From an uncultured Solirubrobacteraceae bacterium (lineage in GTDB: Bacteria; Actinomycetota; Thermoleophilia; Solirubrobacterales; Solirubrobacteraceae), in NCBI GenBank assembly GCA_963753235.1, contig CAVWBJ010000001.1, forward strand, positions 499,917 to 563,916: a DNA stretch of 64,000 nt. The letters run 5' to 3'. How positions within the stretch are numbered: the first letter of the stretch is position 1; every line of letters starts with the position of its first letter. The notes under the pieces were generated by a model. That model searched no databases and was not told where the DNA came from. It was given only the letters and a program-made list of their open reading frames with translations. A program made the translations under genes and the position numbers. Positions 34,969-44,549 of the stretch are shown here, piece by piece.

Positions 34969-36036
34969 CTAGACCACGCGCTCCAGGCGCGGATTGGGCA
35001 TGTAATGGCGGCCCACCTTGGCGCAGGGGCGGCCGTTGAGGAGCACCACGTCAGCGGTGTAGTCGTTCTGCCCGCGGATCAGCGACGAGCCGACCCCGTA
35101 GGCGTCGACGGGCACGCCCTGGGCCTCAAACTCGCGGATCCGGGAGGCGGTGAAACCCCCGCTGGCGACGATCTTCACTCCGGGGAACCCGGCCCGGTCG
35201 AGCGCGGCCCGGACCTTGGCCACCAGCCGGGGGTTGACCCCGGTCGGCTTGAACGACCCCATCTCCTCAAACAGCGACCGGTCGACCAGCGCCTCCGAGG
35301 TGTCCAGCCGGACCCCCCACAGGCGGTCGCCCAGGGCCCCGGCCACGTCCAGCGCGGTCCGGACCGAGTCGTTGTCGAAGTCGACCAGGACGGTGATGTT
35401 CATGTCCTGCTCGAAGTGGTCGGCGAATTTCAGCGCCGCCTTCACGGTGTCTCCGCCGTAGGCGGCGATCAGGCCGTGGGGGACGGTCCCCATGCCCCGC
35501 CCGCCCCACCAGCTCGCCTGGGCATCGGTGGAGACGCCGATGGCGCCGGCGACATGGGCGCTCCAGCCGTCCCCGGTCTGCACCAGCCAGTGGTCGTGCC
35601 GGGCGGGGAAATAGAAGATCTGCTTGCCCCGGGCGGCCTCCACCACCTCGGCCACGTTGCGCATGATCAGCGACCGCCGGGCCAGCGAGCCCAGATACAC
35701 CGTCTCCAGGTGGGCGAACAGCGAGTAGTCCCCCTCGATCGTCATCACCGTCTCCCAGGGCGCGATACGGTCGCCCTCGTGCAGGGCATGGACGACGAGC
35801 TGATCCCATCCCGGGACCCAGTCTCCGTTGCGGGCAGAGCCGGTGCAGGTCCTGAGGACGGCCAGGGCCTCGTCGATCCCGCCCAGGATGGACTCGTTCT
35901 TCTGGAACACCTGCATGGTCACCTGCGGATGCTCGCCCTCGGACTCCAGCAGCTGCTTGGTGAGCAGAAAGTAGGCATCCGAGTAGTAGCCGGTGCGGAT
36001 CCGGTCGACCGGGAGCCGGAAGATGGCGGGGTCCAG
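34969..36036 (-). CDS. Nicotinate phosphoribosyltransferase-family protein (archaeal/short type); start codon unresolved
   Basis: The body has the PRTase barrel (GTVPHGLIAAYGG, VLVDFDND, RLDTS, IVASGG). The conserved N-terminal segment LDPAIFRLPVDRIRTGYYSDAYFLLTKQLL is encoded upstream of the first canonical start (GTG 35922). The 5' end given here is a CTG and is a guess. Confidence 0.75.
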   Translation of the reverse strand: MDPAIFRLPVDRIRTGYYSDAYFLLTKQLLESEGEHPQVTMQVFQKNESILGGIDEALAVLRTCTGSARNGDWVPGWDQLVVHALHEGDRIAPWETVMTIEGDYSLFAHLETVYLGSLARRSLIMRNVAEVVEAARGKQIFYFPARHDHWLVQTGDGWSAHVAGAIGVSTDAQASWWGGRGMGTVPHGLIAAYGGDTVKAALKFADHFEQDMNITVLVDFDNDSVRTALDVAGALGDRLWGVRLDTSEALVDRSLFEEMGSFKPTGVNPRLVAKVRAALDRAGFPGVKIVASGGFTASRIREFEAQGVPVDAYGVGSSLIRGQNDYTADVVLLNGRPCAKVGRHYMPNPRLERVV

Positions 36037-36089
36037 GCGGTTGGAGACCGGCGTCGGAATGCGCCGCAGTCTATTGCGCGGTCTCCGGT

Positions 36090-37325
36090 ATGAGCCGGTA
36101 TCCGGGGGCGCTGCGGGAGCGCAACTTCCGGTGGCTGTTTGCCGGACAGGCGACGAGCTCGGTGGGCGATCAGGCGGTGTTTGTGGCCCTGGCCCTCTAC
36201 GTCACCCGGCAGACGGGATCGGCCACCGACCTGGGGCTGATCCTGGCGGCGGGGTCGCTGCCGATGATCGTCCTGCTGTTGATCGGCGGGGTGTGGGCCG
36301 ACCGCCTGCAGCGCCACCGGATCATGATCGTGGCCGACGTGGCCCGGGCCGCGCTCCACGGCATCCTGGCCGCGTCGATCTTCCTCGGCGGCGCCGGCGT
36401 GGCCGAGCTGATCATGATTGAGGCCCTGTTCGGAGTGGCCCGCGCCTTCTTCCAGCCCGCGTACTCCGGCCTGCTGCCTCAGACGGTCAGCGACGATCTG
36501 CTCCAGAACGCCCAGGCGCTGACGGCGACGGTGACCAGCCTGGCCGTCCTGGTGGGGCCGGCGCTGGGGACGGTGCTGGTCCTCACCGCCGGGGCCGGCA
36601 TCGCCTTCGCCCTGGATGCGGCCACGTTTGTGGTGAGCGCCGCCTGTCTGGTTCCGGTCCACCCCCGTGCCCGCGGGGAGGCGGTGGCGCGCCAAGCGCT
36701 GGTGTCGGAGTTGCGGGCGGGCTGGTGGGAGGTCCGGACCCGCCCCTGGGTGTGGGTGACGATCGCCGTGGTCGCCGGGTCGATCGTCACCGCCTACGCG
36801 CCGTGGGGAACGCTGGCCCCGGGCATCGCCCGCCACCTCTACGGCGGCGTTGGCGTGTTTGGGCTGGTGGAGACGGTGGTGGGGGGTGGGGCGGTGCTGG
36901 GGGCGCTCGTCGGGTTGCGCTGGCGGCCTCGCCATCCACTGGCGCTGGCGTTTGTGGTGGCGCTGCCCTGGCCGCTGCAGAACGTGGTGTTCGCCCTGGG
37001 GGCGCCGCTGGCCGTGGTCCTGGTGGTGGCCCTGCTCAACGGGATCGGCTTCTCGCTGTTCATGGTCTGGTGGGACACGGCGCTGGCCCACCACATCCCC
37101 CCGGCAGCGCTCTCCCGGGTCAGCTCCTATGACTGGATGGGGTCGCTGGCGCTGATGCCGCTCGGCTACGCCATCGCCGGCCCTCTGGCGACGGCGCTCG
37201 GTCCGCGGGTGGTGCTGGGGGCCGGGGGAGCCGTCGCCCTCGGTCTGCTCTGCCTGGGGTTGGCGCCGCAGTCGACCCGGACGCTGGGCGAGCGGCCAGC
37301 GGTGCCGGCTACAGCAGCCGGCTGA
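36090..37325 (+). CDS. MFS transporter
   Basis: 411 aa with about 12 hydrophobic segments. The N-terminal NFRWLFAGQATSSVGD and the loop WADRLQRHR are typical of MFS_3/enterobactin-exporter-like carriers. Confidence 0.85.
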   Translation: MSRYPGALRERNFRWLFAGQATSSVGDQAVFVALALYVTRQTGSATDLGLILAAGSLPMIVLLLIGGVWADRLQRHRIMIVADVARAALHGILAASIFLGGAGVAELIMIEALFGVARAFFQPAYSGLLPQTVSDDLLQNAQALTATVTSLAVLVGPALGTVLVLTAGAGIAFALDAATFVVSAACLVPVHPRARGEAVARQALVSELRAGWWEVRTRPWVWVTIAVVAGSIVTAYAPWGTLAPGIARHLYGGVGVFGLVETVVGGGAVLGALVGLRWRPRHPLALAFVVALPWPLQNVVFALGAPLAVVLVVALLNGIGFSLFMVWWDTALAHHIPPAALSRVSSYDWMGSLALMPLGYAIAGPLATALGPRVVLGAGGAVALGLLCLGLAPQSTRTLGERPAVPATAAG

Positions 37326-38616
37326 TGATGTCCCGGTAAAAGCCGGTGGCGAACTCCAGGTCCCGCACATCGATCCGTTCATCGGCGTTGTGCATGAGCG
37401 GCTCGGCCTCCAGCATCGGCTGGTGGCGCTGAGGGAAGAAGCCATAGGCGACGCACTCGGGGAACGCATCGCGGAACCAGCGGGAATCCGAGAACCCGGG
37501 GAGGATCACTGGCACCGTGCGGGCGCCCGGGTCCTGCTCGGAGATCCAGTCGCCGATGGCGGTCATGAGTTCGCCCTTTACCGGGGAGCTGTTGCCGATC
37601 ACCTGCTCGGTGAAGTCGACGGTCATCTCGCCGGTGACCGGGCCGAGGACCTGGTCGACCCGGCGGCGCACCGCGTCCTCGCCCAGCCCGGGGGGGACGC
37701 GGCAGTCGATCCGGACCTGGGCGCGGGACGGGATCACGTTGATCTTGGTGGAGGCGTTGGTCATGGTGGGGGTAAGGGTGACCCCAAACATCGGCTCCAG
37801 CAGCGTGCGCAGCGCCGGGTTCTCGGCTTCAATCCGGGCCAGCGCCTCCGACGGTTGGCCCGGATCTGCCCCCAGGCTGTGCAGCAGGGCGGTCGGGGCC
37901 TCGGTCAGCTCAAACGACTCCGGCTGGTCGGCCAGCGCGGCCAGCACCGGGGCCAGCTTGAGCAGGGCGTTGTCCCCGGTCCGCGGCAGCGAGGCGTGCC
38001 CGGCCACCCCGTGGGCGGTGAGGTTGAAGCGGAAGATGCCCTTCTCGGCGCAGCAGACGCCGTAGTGGCGGACCCCGTCATACTCAAACACCTCGCCCGC
38101 GCCCTCGTTGAGCAGCAGATCGCAGCGCACCTTGTCCGGGTGGGTGTCGGTCAGCCAGTGGGCGCCGACGTCGCCGCCGGTCTCCTCATCGGAGACGAAC
38201 ACCAGCTTGAGCGCGCCCCGGCCGGGCCGCCATCCGGACCGGGCCAGCGTGGCGGCCGCCACCGCCTCGCAGGCCACCTGGTTCTTCATGTCAAGCGCGC
38301 CCCGGCCCCACAGGTAGCCCTCGGCTACGTCGCCTGACCAGGGGTCGTGGCGCCACTCGGACGGATCGGCCAGGACGGTGTCGACATGACCGAGCAGGCA
38401 CAGGACCGGGCCGTCCGCGGCGCCCTCCAGGGTGGCGACCAGGTTGGGCCGCTCCGGCTCGGCGGCCAGCACTTCGGTGGCGAAACCGGCCGCAGCCAGG
38501 TAGCGCTCCAGATGCTCGATGGCCGGGCGTTCGTTGCCGGGCGGGTTGACTGTGTTGAAGCGGATCAGCTGCTGGAGCAGCTCGACGGTCTCGGTATGGA
38601 GGTCGGTGGCGGCCAT
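37309..38616 (-). CDS. M20-family metallopeptidase (ArgE/DapE/ACY1/CPG2-like)
   Basis: LLGHVDTV, GRGALDMK and SDEETGG metal-ligand blocks are present. ATG 38616 was chosen (MAATDLHTETVELLQQLIRF), since the track N-terminus is low-complexity. Confidence 0.85.
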   Translation of the reverse strand: MAATDLHTETVELLQQLIRFNTVNPPGNERPAIEHLERYLAAAGFATEVLAAEPERPNLVATLEGAADGPVLCLLGHVDTVLADPSEWRHDPWSGDVAEGYLWGRGALDMKNQVACEAVAAATLARSGWRPGRGALKLVFVSDEETGGDVGAHWLTDTHPDKVRCDLLLNEGAGEVFEYDGVRHYGVCCAEKGIFRFNLTAHGVAGHASLPRTGDNALLKLAPVLAALADQPESFELTEAPTALLHSLGADPGQPSEALARIEAENPALRTLLEPMFGVTLTPTMTNASTKINVIPSRAQVRIDCRVPPGLGEDAVRRRVDQVLGPVTGEMTVDFTEQVIGNSSPVKGELMTAIGDWISEQDPGARTVPVILPGFSDSRWFRDAFPECVAYGFFPQRHQPMLEAEPLMHNADERIDVRDLEFATGFYRDIISRLL

Positions 38617-38647
38617 GGAAGTGGAGCCTAGATAGTGTGCGCCCCGC

Positions 38648-39442
38648 GTGTCCCTCGCCTCCGCGGATCTGGAGCTGGCCCTGCGCCTGGCCGACGTCGC
38701 CGACGCCATCACCCTGGCGCGGTTTGGCGCGGCCGACCTGGTGGTGGAGACCAAGCCGGACCTGACCCCGGTGAGCGAGGCCGACCGGGCGGTGGAGCAG
38801 GCCCTGCGGGAGCGCCTGGCCGACCTGCGGCCCCAGGATCAGGTGTTCGGCGAGGAGTTTGGGGGCGAGCGCACCGTCGCCCCCGGGGCACGGCGGTGGA
38901 TCGTCGATCCGATCGACGGGACCAAGAGCTACGTGCGCGGCATCCCGGCCTGGGCGACGCTGCTGGCCCTGGAGCAGGACGGTGAGGTGGTGGTGGGGGT
39001 GGTATCGGCGCCCGCGCTGCAGCGGCGCTGGTGGGCGGTCCGGGGCAGCGGCGCCTTCGTCTCGGAGCCGCTCGGCCAGGAGTCGCGCCGGCTGCGGGTC
39101 TCCGGGATCCGGGAGCTGAGGGATGCGCAGGTCTGTTACGGCGGTCTGGAGGAGTGGCGGGAGGCGGGGCGTCTGGAGGCGCTGGAGCACCTGGCCGGCC
39201 GATGCTGGCGCAGCCGCGGGTACGGCGACTTCTGGAGCTACATGCTGGTGGCCGAGGGGGCACTGGAGATCGGCCTGGATCCCCAGGTGTCGCTCTGGGA
39301 CCTGGCCGCGCCCAAGCTCATCGTGGAGGAGGCCGGCGGCCGGTTCACCGACTTCGGTGGAGCGGTGACCGCCGACGGGGGCAGCGCGGTGGCCACCAAC
39401 GGGCTCCTCCACGGGGCTGTGCGGGCGATCCTCACCGGCTGA
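38648..39442 (+). CDS. Inositol monophosphatase-family protein (HisN-type histidinol-phosphatase-like)
   Basis: PVSEADRAVE, WIVDPIDGTKSY and WDLAA motifs are present. GTG 38648 lies 31 bp from the divergent M20 gene. Confidence 0.8.
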   Translation: MSLASADLELALRLADVADAITLARFGAADLVVETKPDLTPVSEADRAVEQALRERLADLRPQDQVFGEEFGGERTVAPGARRWIVDPIDGTKSYVRGIPAWATLLALEQDGEVVVGVVSAPALQRRWWAVRGSGAFVSEPLGQESRRLRVSGIRELRDAQVCYGGLEEWREAGRLEALEHLAGRCWRSRGYGDFWSYMLVAEGALEIGLDPQVSLWDLAAPKLIVEEAGGRFTDFGGAVTADGGSAVATNGLLHGAVRAILTG

Positions 39443-39478
39443 GAGGCGCGGCCGGCCACACGGCGCCGCGCTCGTCTC

Positions 39479-40417
39479 TCAGAGCATGGCGGAGGCGGCG
39501 ATCGCGAGGCCGGCCAGGAACGCGACCCGTCGTTCGCGCCGGGTGATGCGCTCAGGCCTGCGCCACCTGAGATGACGGAGTTCATAGCCGTGCAGATACT
39601 GGTAGCGCTGCACCGCTGGCCTGAAGCCAAGCGCACCGAACGGCCCGTCGCCCTCCGCAACCAGATAGTGGGCGCCGCGCTCGATCACGATCTGGACGAT
39701 GTGGTCGTGAAGGGCCCATCGGGCCTCATGAGAATTCGCCACGGCGAACTCAATCAGGCCGAAGTTGTCGTCGATCACCACGCTGCCGACGGCGACTGGT
39801 CGCCTATCGGCGTCACGGGCCAGGACGAGCGTCGTCTCCGGACGGGCGACGGCCAGCCGCCACCGCTCCACGTTCGCAGCGGTCACCGGGAGTCGCCGCC
39901 CGTCGGCCAGCTCCAGAAGATCCTCAACCGCCCGGGAGCGATCGCCGATTGTCTCGCAGGTGATTCCCGCCGCGCCTGCCCGGCGGAGATTCCTCCGCAC
40001 GGCCTCGCGTCGGCGGCCCCGGAGATAGTCGGCGCGCTGCTGAGGGAGAATCAGCACGCCGCGGCAGAGCCGATTGAGTGGAAGGAGACCCAGGTAACGC
40101 TGCTTGAAGTAGCTACGGAGGGCCCACCCGGCCGCTGAATCTGACAGGCGGAGGTCCACGGACGAGGTGCGGAGCAGCATCACGGTCAGCGCGAGCATCC
40201 GCCAGGGCCGGCGCAGGGCAGCTCCAGCGAGGAGGACGAGCGCCGAGATCCCGGAGCGCGTGGTGTCTCTGGTAAGCGGAAGCGCGCTCGCCGCTGTGAA
40301 CCAGGTCCCGCCGTACCGCAGCCGGCGATTGCCGAGACTCGGCCGGCTCTCTCGTACCTTCCGCCGACGCAGCGATTCGAAACGCAGCCCCAGGCCGCGT
40401 GTCATCGAGGGGTTCAC
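39479..40417 (-). CDS. Hypothetical protein, possibly GNAT/FemAB-like acyltransferase fold; atypical codon usage
   Basis: 312 aa with visibly more A/T-ending codons (GTA, CGA, AGT, AAT, ACA, CTT, AGA) than its neighbours. The C-terminal half (LVLARDADRRPVAVGSVVIDDNFGLIEFAV...HYLVAEGDG) looks like an acetyltransferase beta-strand core. This assignment is weak. Confidence 0.45.
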   Translation of the reverse strand: MNPSMTRGLGLRFESLRRRKVRESRPSLGNRRLRYGGTWFTAASALPLTRDTTRSGISALVLLAGAALRRPWRMLALTVMLLRTSSVDLRLSDSAAGWALRSYFKQRYLGLLPLNRLCRGVLILPQQRADYLRGRRREAVRRNLRRAGAAGITCETIGDRSRAVEDLLELADGRRLPVTAANVERWRLAVARPETTLVLARDADRRPVAVGSVVIDDNFGLIEFAVANSHEARWALHDHIVQIVIERGAHYLVAEGDGPFGALGFRPAVQRYQYLHGYELRHLRWRRPERITRRERRVAFLAGLAIAASAML

Positions 40418-40600
40418 CGGGTGACCAACGAGGTCAGCGCGTCGCTTCTTATGACTCCTTCATTCGGTGGTCAGCTCCCTTACCGCCTGACCGGGCGGCT
40501 GGCGATTTGCGGCGCAGATCAGCTCGCCGGCAAGAGCAGCGTCTGGCGCGCCGGGGGAGGGCATCCGGCCTTTGTAGGGCGATCCAGGCAGCGCTGGAGA

Positions 40601-41887
40601 TCATCGGCCGCTGACCGCCGCCGCCGGGCAGACGTTGCGGACGGCGGCGATCTGGGCGTTCACGGCGGCCAGGGTCGGTGAGTGGCTGGGCAGGAACTGA
40701 TCGGGCTGGTCGGCGGGCAGCGACCGGCCGGCGGCCAGGGCCACCAGCGGCGCACCGCCATACGGTTCCCCGGGCGGGCAGGCCCGCGCGGCGGCCACCA
40801 CGTGCTCGAATTGGGGGCCGGTCATGGAGATCTCCCAGGCCGGCGCGGAGAACGCCCGCAGAAACGGGACCGGGTTGTGGGGGGCGGCGATGAGCGAGGC
40901 GCTCTGGGCCAGCGTGAACGCCAACCCGGCCAGGCAGACCGCCGGCAGCCAGCGCGGAGCCGCCCGGACGGCGAACACCGTGCCGGCCACCGCCAGGGGC
41001 ACTAGCGAGGCCTCCACGGGCACGGTGATGTTCAGCCCGGTCCCCTCCTTGAAGTTGCTGAGGAAGGTGATGATGTTGGCCGCGGCCAGCGCCACCGCCA
41101 CCACCAGCAGCCGCCGGTCCCGGGCCTGGCGATGCAGCCCGACGGCGACGGCCGCGCCCGCCAGCAGGCCGAGGACGTTCCAGCCGGCCTGGGCCCAGAA
41201 GCCCTTGAGCTGGCCGAGCGAGCGGGAGCCGCTGTGCATCTGGGCGACCACCACATCACGCCAGAAGTGCTCGCCGCCGAGCGCCCAGCTCCCGGCCAGA
41301 CCCACCACCAGAGTGGCCGCCGCCACCGGCGCAGCTCGCCGGCGGTCGGCGCCCGCCAGCACCAGCGCGACCGCGGGGATGGCCAGCGGCAGCTTGATCA
41401 GGACGAGCAGCCCGCAGAGCAGCCCGGCCGCCCCGCCCCGCCGCCGGTCGGCGCTGAGCAGCGCCGCGCCCATCATCACCGGCACCGCCACCAGCTCCGG
41501 AGTCAACGCGCCGTGCTCGTGGACCGCCCACGGGGTGAGCAGCACCAGCGCGGGGGTGAGCACGGTGGCCGGCCAGTTCTCGGTGAGCCGGTACACCATC
41601 CGAGCTCCCACCAGCCCGGCCACCAGCTGCAGGCAGCCGACGCCGAAGCGCAGCCACTCCACGCTGCTGTGAATGGCGAGCAGCCCGGCCCCGGCCAGGA
41701 ACACCCCGGGCGGCTGGGCTCCCACTATCTGCCCGTACAGGTCGCCGCCCTGGAGCAGCTGGTGGGCGGTCAGGGCATACACGCCCTCGCTGTAGTCCCA
41801 ATAGGTGTGCAGGAGCAGGAAGTGGACGGCCACCAGGGCGGCGCCGCCGGTGGCGACCGCGGCGATGCTCCAGATCCGGTTCTGCAC
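40601..41887 (-). CDS. Polytopic membrane protein, GT-C glycosyltransferase-like (DUF2029/ArnT-like)
   Basis: 428 aa, almost entirely hydrophobic helices. The early loop YWDYSEGVYALTAHQLLQGGDLY resembles the acidic first-loop motif of GT-C enzymes. GTG start at 41887. Confidence 0.55.
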   Translation of the reverse strand: MQNRIWSIAAVATGGAALVAVHFLLLHTYWDYSEGVYALTAHQLLQGGDLYGQIVGAQPPGVFLAGAGLLAIHSSVEWLRFGVGCLQLVAGLVGARMVYRLTENWPATVLTPALVLLTPWAVHEHGALTPELVAVPVMMGAALLSADRRRGGAAGLLCGLLVLIKLPLAIPAVALVLAGADRRRAAPVAAATLVVGLAGSWALGGEHFWRDVVVAQMHSGSRSLGQLKGFWAQAGWNVLGLLAGAAVAVGLHRQARDRRLLVVAVALAAANIITFLSNFKEGTGLNITVPVEASLVPLAVAGTVFAVRAAPRWLPAVCLAGLAFTLAQSASLIAAPHNPVPFLRAFSAPAWEISMTGPQFEHVVAAARACPPGEPYGGAPLVALAAGRSLPADQPDQFLPSHSPTLAAVNAQIAAVRNVCPAAAVSGR

Positions 41888-41925
41888 GCGGCGGAAGGGT
41901 AGCCCCGGGCCGCCATACTCACGCC

Positions 41926-43275
41926 ATGGACCGTCTGTTCGGAGAAGACGAGGCCGCGGCGGCTGCGCCTCAGGCCGGCCCGGCCGGCGATGACGGGCCG
42001 CCGCCGGCGGACATGCCGCTGGCCACCCGGCTGCGGCCGACGACGCTGGATGACATCGTCGGCCAGGAGCAGGTGCTGGGCGAGCGCGGGTCGGCCTCCG
42101 CGCTGCGGAGGGCGATTGAGGAGGGCCACCCCCACTCGATGATCCTGCACGGGCCTCCGGGCAGCGGCAAGACGACGCTGGCCCGCCTGGTGGCCCGGGC
42201 GGCGGACGCGGCGCTGGAGGAGGAGAGCGCGGTCGCCGCCGGACGGGCCGAGGTGCGGGCCGTGATTGAGCGGGCCCGTCAGCGCCTCCAGGCGGGCGGC
42301 CGGCGCACGGTGTTCTTCCTGGACGAGATCCACCGGTTCAACAAGGCCCAGCAGGACGCGCTCCTACCCGCGGTGGAGGACGGGCTGATCACGCTGATCG
42401 GCGCCACCACCGAGAACCCGTACTTTGAGGTCAACTCGGCGCTCATCTCCCGGACTCAGCTCTACGAGCTCCAGGCGCTGGGCCCGGAGCAGGTGCGCAT
42501 GCTGCTGGACCGGGCCGTGGAGCGGGGCTACTGCGGGCCTCCGGAGCAGGTCGACGCGGCGGCGTTGGAATTCCTGGCCCAGCGGTCCGGCGGCGACGCT
42601 CGGTCGGCGCTCAACGCGCTCCAGCTGGCCTGCACCGCGGCCGGCGTGGAATCTGACCCGGAGGCGCGGGTGACGCTGGCCCACGCCGAGGACGCGCTCC
42701 AGCGGCGGGCACTGCTCTACGACCGCCAGGCCGACCGCCATTACGACACCATCTCGGCCTGGATCAAGGCCACGCGGGGCAGCGACCCCGACGCCTCGCT
42801 CTACTACCTGGCGGTGATGCTGGAGGGCGGGGAGGATCCGCGATTCATCGTGCGCCGCATGGTCATCCTGGCCTCCGAGGACATCGGCAACGCCGATCCT
42901 CAGGCCCTGTCGGTGGCCACCGCGGCCGCGGCCGCGGTGGAGCATGTCGGTCTGCCCGAGGCCCAGTTCGCCCTCGCCCAGGCCGCCATCTACCTGTCGT
43001 TGGCGCCCAAGTCCGATGCCGCCAAGCGGGCTGTCTTCGCCGCCCGGGACTACGTTCGTGAGGAGGGGGCGGCGCCCCCGCCGGCCCACCTGCGCTCCTC
43101 CACCCGCAGCGACGGGGGGTATGACAACCCCCACCGCCGGGAGGGCCATTTCTCCCCCCAGGAGCTCATGCCCGACCGGGCCGTGGGTGCCCGGTTCTAC
43201 GAGCCTGACGCCGCCGAGGCGCCGCTGCGCGAGCGGCTGGCCGACATCCGCCGCCGGCGCGGGCGCGCTGTGTGA
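41926..43275 (+). CDS. rarA: Replication-associated recombination protein A (AAA+ ATPase)
   Basis: [36 protein letters not shown] and the MgsA C-terminal block [19 protein letters not shown] are present. Confidence 0.92.
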   Translation: MDRLFGEDEAAAAAPQAGPAGDDGPPPADMPLATRLRPTTLDDIVGQEQVLGERGSASALRRAIEEGHPHSMILHGPPGSGKTTLARLVARAADAALEEESAVAAGRAEVRAVIERARQRLQAGGRRTVFFLDEIHRFNKAQQDALLPAVEDGLITLIGATTENPYFEVNSALISRTQLYELQALGPEQVRMLLDRAVERGYCGPPEQVDAAALEFLAQRSGGDARSALNALQLACTAAGVESDPEARVTLAHAEDALQRRALLYDRQADRHYDTISAWIKATRGSDPDASLYYLAVMLEGGEDPRFIVRRMVILASEDIGNADPQALSVATAAAAAVEHVGLPEAQFALAQAAIYLSLAPKSDAAKRAVFAARDYVREEGAAPPPAHLRSSTRSDGGYDNPHRREGHFSPQELMPDRAVGARFYEPDAAEAPLRERLADIRRRRGRAV

Positions 43276-43347
43276 CGAACGCCCGGTTACCGGTGCCGGG
43301 AGCGGGCATCCGGCCGGTGGGGGCCGAAAGCTACTGCTCTGTAGGAA

Positions 43348-43731
43348 ATGTCTCCACCCCTTGATCCCGGCGCTCTGCTCGCCCGCTATCACGCCCTGCC
43401 GGATGGCACCCGCGTCTGTCTGCGGCTCCTGCGCCCGCGGGACCAGGACGGGGTGCGGGACCTGTTCGCCCACCACGGCCGTGATCTGGACGAGCTGGAC
43501 CTGGCCCGTCTGGTCGGATTCGATCCCACCCGGCAGCTCGTCCTGGTGGCCACCGCGCTCGTCGGGACTGCCGAGCGGGTGGTCGGCCTGGGGCGGCTGG
43601 ACCTGGCCCGTGATCGCCGGGAGCCGGCGCTCCTGCTGGCCGATCCGGGACTGGCCGCGGGGGCAGGGCCGCTCCTGCACCAGGCGCTCGTCGGCCACGC
43701 CCGGACGCTCGCCCGCGCCCGGGCGGCCTGA
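43348..43731 (+). CDS. Hypothetical protein (127 aa)
   Basis: The frame has good GC3 and fills the rarA to M14 gap. It has a faint GNAT-like N-terminal pattern (VCLRLLRPRD...) but I can defend no motif. Confidence 0.4.
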   Translation: MSPPLDPGALLARYHALPDGTRVCLRLLRPRDQDGVRDLFAHHGRDLDELDLARLVGFDPTRQLVLVATALVGTAERVVGLGRLDLARDRREPALLLADPGLAAGAGPLLHQALVGHARTLARARAA

Positions 43732-43770
43732 CCGGCCTCCGGAGCGGCCGTCCCGGGTTACGCTGCCCGG

Positions 43771-44523
43771 ATGCGCGCGGCCCGGATGCAGATGGCGGTG
43801 CTCGCGGTGGCCGTGACCGTGCTGGTGGGCGCCGCTCCGGCCCCGGCCCGCCGGGTGCTCATCGGCCGCTCCGTCGACGGCCGGCCGATCGTCGCCTGGT
43901 CGTTTGGCTCTGACCACGCCCGGCGACGGATCCTGGTCATCGGCGTGATCCACGGCAACGAGACCGCCGGTCTGGCCATCAGCTCCGCGCTGCGGCACCT
44001 GGCGCCCCCCGCCGGCGTGCAGCTGTGGGTGGTGCCCGAGCTCAACCCGGACGGGGTCGCCGCCGGTACCCGGCAGAACGCTCATGGGGTCGACCTCAAC
44101 CGCAACTTCCCCTACCTGTGGAAATTCACGTCCGAGCCTGTCTATTACTCGGGTCCGCGCCCCGTGTCCGAGCCGGAGACCCGGGCGGCGATCGCCCTGG
44201 TGCGCCGCATCCGCCCGGCGGTCACCATCACCTACCACCAGCACATGGACCTCGTCGATGAGTCCGGCGGCGACCGGGGGGTGGCCCGGCGCTATGCCGA
44301 GCTCGCCGGGTTGCGGGCCACCTGCCTGACGTTTCTGCCCGGCGAGGAGACCGAGTGGTCGAACCACACGTTCCCCGGCACCACCTCCTTTGTGGTGGAG
44401 CTGCCCGCCGGACCGGTGGCGCCGGCGGCGCTGGCCCGCCATCTGCGGGCGGTGCGGGCGATTGAGCGCGGCCAGCGAACCGGCTCGGCCCGGCGCTGTG
44501 ATTCGGTGACCACGGCGGCCTGA
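43771..44523 (+). CDS. Secreted M14-family zinc carboxypeptidase (MpaA/gamma-D-Glu-DAP peptidase-like)
   Basis: It has a signal peptide, then [11 protein letters not shown] (HxxE), VPELNPDG and GVDLNRNF. Confidence 0.8.
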   Translation: MRAARMQMAVLAVAVTVLVGAAPAPARRVLIGRSVDGRPIVAWSFGSDHARRRILVIGVIHGNETAGLAISSALRHLAPPAGVQLWVVPELNPDGVAAGTRQNAHGVDLNRNFPYLWKFTSEPVYYSGPRPVSEPETRAAIALVRRIRPAVTITYHQHMDLVDESGGDRGVARRYAELAGLRATCLTFLPGEETEWSNHTFPGTTSFVVELPAGPVAPAALARHLRAVRAIERGQRTGSARRCDSVTTAA

Positions 44524-44549
44524 CCGGCCCGACGGGCTACCCTTGCACC

